64,000 bases of DNA from Bdellovibrionales bacterium. Lineage in GTDB: Bacteria > Bdellovibrionota > Bdellovibrionia > Bdellovibrionales > JAUICD01. Positions 58,550 through 64,000 of this stretch are shown piece by piece. The notes below the pieces were generated by a model that saw only the letters and a list, made by a program, of their open reading frames with translations, made no database searches and had not been told where the DNA came from. Made by a program: the position numbers and the translations under genes. Position 1 is the stretch's first letter, and each line of letters starts with the position of its first letter. The DNA lies in NCBI GenBank assembly GCA_965262715.1, contig OZ253553.1, positions 608,001 to 672,000 on the forward strand. The letters are read 5' to 3'.

Positions 58550-59574
58550 TTGGCTTGATAAGTCCTATCGGCAAGTTGATGATCAATTAAAATAGATTTG
58601 AGGGTTGGGTATTTAGAAAAATATGATAAGTCATCTAAGACATTTTGTAATGTTTTTGAAATATATTTCAAATAGCTTTTATCTTTTTTTATATTATAAA
58701 AACCAGCAAAACTTCCACACATTTTAAAACACCTCTGAATACTGCAAAGTTGATAAAGCTGTATAAACTCATCTTTTGAAATATAAAAATCAAATTCTTT
58801 ACTTTTTAAAATATAATAGTCAATGAGTTTATTTTCCATCTTTTTTTCTATATTCACATAAGCGTCTTTTAATAAGCTGACCAAATCATATTGGCAAAGT
58901 GCCATTCTTGCATCTTGAAAATCAATCATATAAACTTTACCCTCTTTGATCATGAGATTGCGAGAATGATAGTCTCTATGGATCATGTATTTTTGTTTTT
59001 GATCTAATAGAGAGCAAAGGTCAGTAAAATCTCTATTTAAGGCTTTTGTAACTTTAGCTGAGAGTGGAATTTGACAATGATCTTCTAACAAGTGTTTTTG
59101 ACAGTAGATCATCTCGTCTACAAGTTTTTTGGTATCAAAAATGACCTGTGAAGCCATGCAAGACAATTGATTTGATTTTTTATGATGATGGATTTTAACA
59201 AGTTCATCAGTAGCTTGTTGATAAAATGTAAGAAGATGGGGTGACTTTTTCCAGAATATATCTTCAAGTGTGGTATCTCCTAAATCTTCTAATAAGATCA
59301 TACCTAAGGTTTCTTCATAAAACTTAATTTTTGGAACAGTGATTTCATTTTGTTCAAAATATTTTTGAACATTTAAAAAAGAGGTAAAAGACGGAGAGGG
59401 TTTTTGTAGCTGCATTAGAATAAAAGAATTTAAACCTTGAAAAACACGAAAATAGAGCCGATCAGATCCATCTCCTTTTATAGCTTCAATAGATATAGGT
59501 TGTTTGTTAGAAGATTTAAGAGCTATCTTTAGAAACTCCTGTTGTTTAGGTGCTTCTGCAATGCCCTTCATCAA
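58546..59574 (-). CDS. APH-family phosphotransferase (AmgK-like anomeric MurNAc/GlcNAc kinase)
   Basis: GDGSDRLYFR, LLEDLGD, HRDYHSRNLM, IDFQDA, YDLVSLLKD. Confidence 0.85.
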   Translation of the reverse strand: MMKGIAEAPKQQEFLKIALKSSNKQPISIEAIKGDGSDRLYFRVFQGLNSFILMQLQKPSPSFTSFLNVQKYFEQNEITVPKIKFYEETLGMILLEDLGDTTLEDIFWKKSPHLLTFYQQATDELVKIHHHKKSNQLSCMASQVIFDTKKLVDEMIYCQKHLLEDHCQIPLSAKVTKALNRDFTDLCSLLDQKQKYMIHRDYHSRNLMIKEGKVYMIDFQDARMALCQYDLVSLLKDAYVNIEKKMENKLIDYYILKSKEFDFYISKDEFIQLYQLCSIQRCFKMCGSFAGFYNIKKDKSYLKYISKTLQNVLDDLSYFSKYPTLKSILIDHQLADRTYQAK

Positions 59575-60701
59575 TTGGACTTTGTCAATGCCTTAGGTTT
59601 CATAAAAATCACGTTATCCATTGCATTTTCTGTATGAAAAAGGTAGCGAATAAGGTTTTGAATATCTTTAGAGTCTTGAAGTGGCTGAGTGTGACCTACA
59701 TTAGTGTGATTCACGCTAGTTTGGTTGACATGACGGTGAACACAATTTTGAAGCGTGGAAGTGTGAAGCACACGAGACCTTACAAGATGACATAAAAGAG
59801 GTTTGTAGATGAGTTTTTGATCTATAAGGCGTTGCATTTCATCTAATTTGCAGATGGGTTGTGTTGTTGCAACTATAATGCGTGGACATGTAAATTTTGC
59901 ATGTTGATAAAAAGATTGAAAATACTTTTCAAGAGATTTTTGCAAGGTTAAAGGTAATTTTGTGATTTCAGGAATATAAACAGTTACATGACCTAAATAG
60001 GAGATCAATTCAGGATAAAGCAACTGATCTTGGTTGAGCTGGCCAATATGAAGAAATTGAAGCAATTGAGACTGAACATGTATATTATAACCTTCTTGAA
60101 TAGCTGCCTTTTTATCATGGGCTAAAATAAAAACAGGGTACCTTGGATCAATAGATACAGCATTTGATAAAGAAAAAACTTTATCCTCGTAAGAATTAGT
60201 AATAAGTGTTGGGTTTTGAGGTGGTTTTTTGCTTTGCTTTTTCATCAACTTTACTTGCTGGGTTAAAAAAGTTTCAATATTGCTTGTAACTTGCTTTTTG
60301 TGTTCAGCTAGTAAAACAGATCGAATGAGTAAGTCGATCAACATTTGAATCTTTTCTATCTGGTCAGGAAGTAATTTGATGCCTTTAAAAATTGAGATGT
60401 ATCCATAAAGATGACTTCCATCTAAATGGTCTCCATCGAGATGGTCTTCATTTAGAGGGTCTTCATTAGGGAGGGGGTTATGGGGACGATTTTTGTCCAT
60501 AGTGCCATTTTTTGTAATGGGGAAGATGAGATCATCTTGTATAAAGATGATTCGAGCTCTTTTATGTTTAATGACTGCTTCTAGTATTTCTTTTTTAGGA
60601 AGCTTTTTAGAATTTAAAAAATGGGTGAGACTTGTATGACAACCAAACTGTCGGTAGACTAAACCTGAAAAATGATCCCAAACAGTTTGTATTCGTTTCA
60701 T
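59571..60701 (-). CDS. Hypothetical protein with a degenerate sigma-54-activator-like AAA segment
   Basis: TVYIPEITKLPLTLQKSL...PRIIVAT resembles TLFLDEIGELPL.LQ.KL...RIIAAT; no Walker A or GAFTGA. Confidence 0.5.
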   Translation of the reverse strand: MKRIQTVWDHFSGLVYRQFGCHTSLTHFLNSKKLPKKEILEAVIKHKRARIIFIQDDLIFPITKNGTMDKNRPHNPLPNEDPLNEDHLDGDHLDGSHLYGYISIFKGIKLLPDQIEKIQMLIDLLIRSVLLAEHKKQVTSNIETFLTQQVKLMKKQSKKPPQNPTLITNSYEDKVFSLSNAVSIDPRYPVFILAHDKKAAIQEGYNIHVQSQLLQFLHIGQLNQDQLLYPELISYLGHVTVYIPEITKLPLTLQKSLEKYFQSFYQHAKFTCPRIIVATTQPICKLDEMQRLIDQKLIYKPLLCHLVRSRVLHTSTLQNCVHRHVNQTSVNHTNVGHTQPLQDSKDIQNLIRYLFHTENAMDNVIFMKPKALTKSN

Positions 60702-60923
60702 AGTTAAAATATCCTTATTTTTTAATGATCTTATATATTATGTAAGCAATTATTATACCTTTTTTACATAATTTTATAAATTATGCATTATTTTTTTTAA
60801 GGCTATCCATAAAAGGCATTTTATCATACTCTAATGCTGTGTTATTTACGAGGTTTAAAACTTTTATTTTATAGAAGATTATTTTACTTTTTAGATTAAA
60901 CTTTATAATACAAAGGGCATTTT

Positions 60924-62987
60924 ATGAAGAAATCAGATATAGAAGCTAAAAATTCAAGTGAAAACCCATTTTTTCAACGTTTTGAGGGCTTTGATGACTC
61001 GATCCCTTTCGATAAAATTCAATTAGAGCACTATCAGACGGGGTTAGAGAAGGCTATAGAGCTAGCTAAGTCTCGCATTCAGACTATTAAAGAAGGCCCA
61101 GATCCAACATTTGAGAACACCATTGAAGCCTTAGAGGTATCTACGGAGCTGATGCACCTTGTTTGCGGTGTATTCTTTAATCTTTTACACTCTGATGCCA
61201 CTGATGACTTGCAAGCTTTAGCCCCTCATATCTCTTCTCTACAGGCTTCTTTTCAGAGTGATGTCTTATTAGATGAACAAATTTTTGACAGAGTGAGAAT
61301 AATTTACAAGGATGACCTTCAATCATTAAACACAGAGCAAAAGCGTCTTACTCAGCAAACCTATAGGGGTTTTGCGAGGAATGGGGCACTACTTTCTTTA
61401 GAAGACAAAGAGAAAATTCGTATAATAGATCAAAAGTTAGCTAAACTCTTACCGCAATTTTCAGAAAAAAACATAAAGGCTATGGTTGCTTTTCACCTGC
61501 ATATTGAGAATGAAGATGACATTCAAGGGTTACCTGAGTCTGTTGTGGCAGATGCAGTTGCAAAAGCAAAGGAGAAAAATATTAAAGGATGGGTTTTTGG
61601 CTTAGAAATGCCAAGTCACATTCCTTTTATGACCTACTGTTCAAATCGTAATTTAAGGTATAAAATGTGGAAAGCTTATAGCAGTCGTTGTGTGGGCGGG
61701 GAACTTGACACTTCAGAAATCATCAATCAGGTTGTTCAACTCAAGCATGAAAGGGCAAATCTTTTAGGATATAAAACCCATGCAGATTATGTTCTTGAAG
61801 AAAGAATGGCAAAATCTATTGATGAAGTCGATACTTTTTTAGAAGAGCTTGTCTCAGCTAGCTACTCTGCAGCTCAAAAAGATCTAAAGAGTTTAGAAGC
61901 TTTATTTCATGTTGATTGTCCAAATGAAAAAATTCAACCATGGGATATTCTGTATTATCAAGAAAAACTTAAAGCCAAAAATTTTGCATTCACTCAAGAA
62001 GATCTACGTCCTTATTTTCCTCTCAATCAGGTTCTACAAGGAGCTTTTGATCTTGCAAAAAAGCTTTATCGCATCTCTTTTAAAAAGAGAGACGATATTG
62101 TGAAATATCATCCTGAAGTAGAAGTTTATGAAGTAACAGATAATGTGACTGGAAAATATATGGCTTTGTTTTATGCAGACTTTTTCCCTCGTGTCACTAA
62201 AAAGACAGGCGCATGGATGACCACTTTTAGAAGTCAAGGACTTTTAGAGGGTGAGGTGAGAAGACCTCATGTGAGCATTGTTTGTAATTTTGCAAAGCCA
62301 ACTGATGATAAGCCTTCATTGTTAACATTTGAAGAAACTGAAACACTTTTTCATGAATTTGGACATGCGCTCCATGCGATTCTTTCCAATTGTCGTTATA
62401 CAAGTCTTGCAAGTCCTAACGTGTATTGGGATTTTGTAGAGTTACCTTCTCAGTTTATGCAAAATTGGCTTATGGAAAAAGAAGTTTTAGATACTTTCGC
62501 TAAGCATTATCAAAAAGGCCATTGTATTCCTGACGACTTATTTCAAAAGATGGTAAGAGCACGCAAATACATGGCGGGGTATCGCAGTTTAAGGCAATTG
62601 AACTTTTCTATTTTAGATATGGCTTGGCATGCTCAAAATCATGGTTATGTGAAGGACATTGTGCAATTTGAACAAGACAGCACTCAAAAAACATCTCTTC
62701 TGCCGACTCACAAAGGTGTAAGTGTTTCGCATGCTTTTGCTCATATATTTGGTGGTGGTTATTCTGCTGGCTATTATTCTTATAAGTGGGCAGAAGTTTT
62801 AGATGCTGATGCCTTTGAGTATTTTAAAGAAAATGGTTTATTCAATAGTGAAATAGCTGATTCTTTTCGTAAAAATGTTTTAGAAAAGGGAGGGACAGAG
62901 GAGCCTATGGATCTATATAAAAAATTTAGAGGTAAAAAACCTGATCCAAATGCCCTGCTAAGAAGAGATGGGCTTATAAACTCTTAA
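60924..62987 (+). CDS. M3 family metallopeptidase (Dcp/oligopeptidase A)
   Basis: FHEFGHALH, WDFVELPSQ, GYSAGYYSYKWAEVLDADAF. Confidence 0.95.
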   Translation: MKKSDIEAKNSSENPFFQRFEGFDDSIPFDKIQLEHYQTGLEKAIELAKSRIQTIKEGPDPTFENTIEALEVSTELMHLVCGVFFNLLHSDATDDLQALAPHISSLQASFQSDVLLDEQIFDRVRIIYKDDLQSLNTEQKRLTQQTYRGFARNGALLSLEDKEKIRIIDQKLAKLLPQFSEKNIKAMVAFHLHIENEDDIQGLPESVVADAVAKAKEKNIKGWVFGLEMPSHIPFMTYCSNRNLRYKMWKAYSSRCVGGELDTSEIINQVVQLKHERANLLGYKTHADYVLEERMAKSIDEVDTFLEELVSASYSAAQKDLKSLEALFHVDCPNEKIQPWDILYYQEKLKAKNFAFTQEDLRPYFPLNQVLQGAFDLAKKLYRISFKKRDDIVKYHPEVEVYEVTDNVTGKYMALFYADFFPRVTKKTGAWMTTFRSQGLLEGEVRRPHVSIVCNFAKPTDDKPSLLTFEETETLFHEFGHALHAILSNCRYTSLASPNVYWDFVELPSQFMQNWLMEKEVLDTFAKHYQKGHCIPDDLFQKMVRARKYMAGYRSLRQLNFSILDMAWHAQNHGYVKDIVQFEQDSTQKTSLLPTHKGVSVSHAFAHIFGGGYSAGYYSYKWAEVLDADAFEYFKENGLFNSEIADSFRKNVLEKGGTEEPMDLYKKFRGKKPDPNALLRRDGLINS

Positions 62988-63028
62988 GCTCTATTCTTGA
63001 TAAGAAAACTTTAAATAAACAAAAAACT

Positions 63029-63361
63029 ATGGCAAACGATAAATTATTGGCTGAAAACATTCGGCTTATTCTTTCAAGACGAAAGGAATTTTTCTCTGAA
63101 AGGAAAATGTTTGGTAGTGTCTGTTTTATGCTCAATGGCAATATATGTGTTGGAACATGGAAAGGGTCATTGCTTGTCCGATGTGATAAAAAGAAGCACG
63201 ATGAGATACTTACAGAACCATATACCAGGCCTGCTAATATGAGTGGTCGGATAGTGAAAGGGTGGGTAGTTGTAGATCCAGAGGGTATTGAATTTGAAGA
63301 AGACTTAACAACATGGGTTCATAGGGCTATCGAGTTTACAAGCTTACTTTCTTCTAAATGA
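63029..63361 (+). CDS. TfoX/Sxy N-terminal domain protein
   Basis: ERKMFGSVCFMLNGNIC, KGWVVV, LTTWV.RA. Confidence 0.85.
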   Translation: MANDKLLAENIRLILSRRKEFFSERKMFGSVCFMLNGNICVGTWKGSLLVRCDKKKHDEILTEPYTRPANMSGRIVKGWVVVDPEGIEFEEDLTTWVHRAIEFTSLLSSK

Positions 63362-63528
63362 TCTTTCTTTCAAATCCATGATTTTGACATGACCATTTAA
63401 GTTCAATTTTCCAATTTGCAAGCATTATTTATAGATAGATTCAAAGTAGTACAAACAAAAAATCTCTTCAATGTATAAAGTCTTTTGACACAATTTATGC
63501 AGAAAGCCATCAAAATTTTCATTTAGTG

Positions 63529-63556
63529 TTGACAAATGTACTATATATAGTACACT
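63529..63556 (+). promoter_or_regulatory. Sigma-70 promoter with embedded 18-bp palindromic operator
   Basis: TTGACA (63529) N16 TACACT; perfect palindrome TGTACTATATATAGTACA at 63537-63554. Confidence 0.7.
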
Positions 63557-63562
63557 TATAAA

Positions 63563-63850
63563 GTGATATTTGATGTATAGCAAACTCCAGAATTTGAAAA
63601 GTGGTTTCACAAGTAGAGTTTAAAGACTCAAACCTTAGTTAGTGATCGAATTGGGCGTCTTATAAGTTCAGGACATATGGGATATTCTAAGGCTTTAGGG
63701 ATGGGTCTGTTTGAATTTAAATGGAAAAATGGTCTACGTATTTACTTTGTTTTCAAAAAGAAGAAATTAATTCTTTTAAGTGGAGGTAGTAAGAATGGTC
63801 AAAAAAAGGATATCGACAAAGCAAAAAAAATTAAAGAAAAATACTTATAA
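63563..63850 (+). pseudogene. RelE/HigB-type addiction-module toxin with two in-frame TAG stops
   Basis: MIFDV*QTPEFEKWFHK*SLKTQ...RIGRL...GHMGYSKALGMGLFEFKWKNGLRIYF...LLSGGSKNGQKKDIDKAK; TAG at 63578 and 63614. Confidence 0.85.
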
Positions 63851-64000
63851 ACTAAAAAAATTTGACCCTCAAAAAACTTTTCGAGAGATGAAACCAAGGG
63901 ATCTCTCTAAAATTCTCTTTGAAATTTGGATGGACCGAGATATTGATTCCTTTAAAAATGTTCTCTCCACTTATTTAGAAGTACATAATAAGCAGAAAAT
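63849..64000 (+). CDS. Probable cognate antitoxin (partial; original start apparently lost)
   Basis: Open frame KLKKFDPQKTFREMKPRDLSKILFEIWMDRDIDSFKNVLSTYL immediately after the toxin; first in-frame ATG at 63888. Confidence 0.55.

Noticed and set aside
63563..63850. TAG stop-codon reassignment suggested by two in-frame ambers
   Set aside because: Other genes end normally at TAG (e.g. transposase 23276, nadK 56621) and conserved genes show no internal TAG; pseudogenisation is simpler.

Overview
AT-rich bacterial chromosome segment. Gene content (yicC-gmk, phnDCE, addAB, amgK-murU, meaB, PhaR-like regulator, many secreted Cys-rich orphans, sigma-54 promoters) suggests Bdellovibrionota or a related lineage, possibly host-associated given the ankyrin and Rpn expansions; this is inference only. 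Positions 1-12.5 kb form a defence island: a Druantia-like three-gene helicase locus (the helicase ORF is absent from the ORF track because it runs off the window), and a coupled five-gene operon of double-ubiquitin protein, Ser-type E2, JAB-E1 fusion, ABC-type ATPase and frameshifted PIN-like protein. Positions 12.8-45 kb are mostly housekeeping, with an intact IS1634 element flanked by a 145-bp target duplication and three secreted ankyrin genes. Positions 45-56.6 kb are a plastic region with three paralogous Cys-ankyrin secreted proteins, two Rpn-family nucleases each followed by a stand-alone copy of its own C-terminal (RpnS-like) part, a four-helix-bundle gene with a hairpin-occluded RBS, and many copies of a GC-rich octamer-built palindromic repeat. 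The window ends in a pseudogenised RelE-type toxin-antitoxin pair. No rRNA, tRNA or CRISPR array was seen. All family calls are from motif recognition by eye, not database searches.
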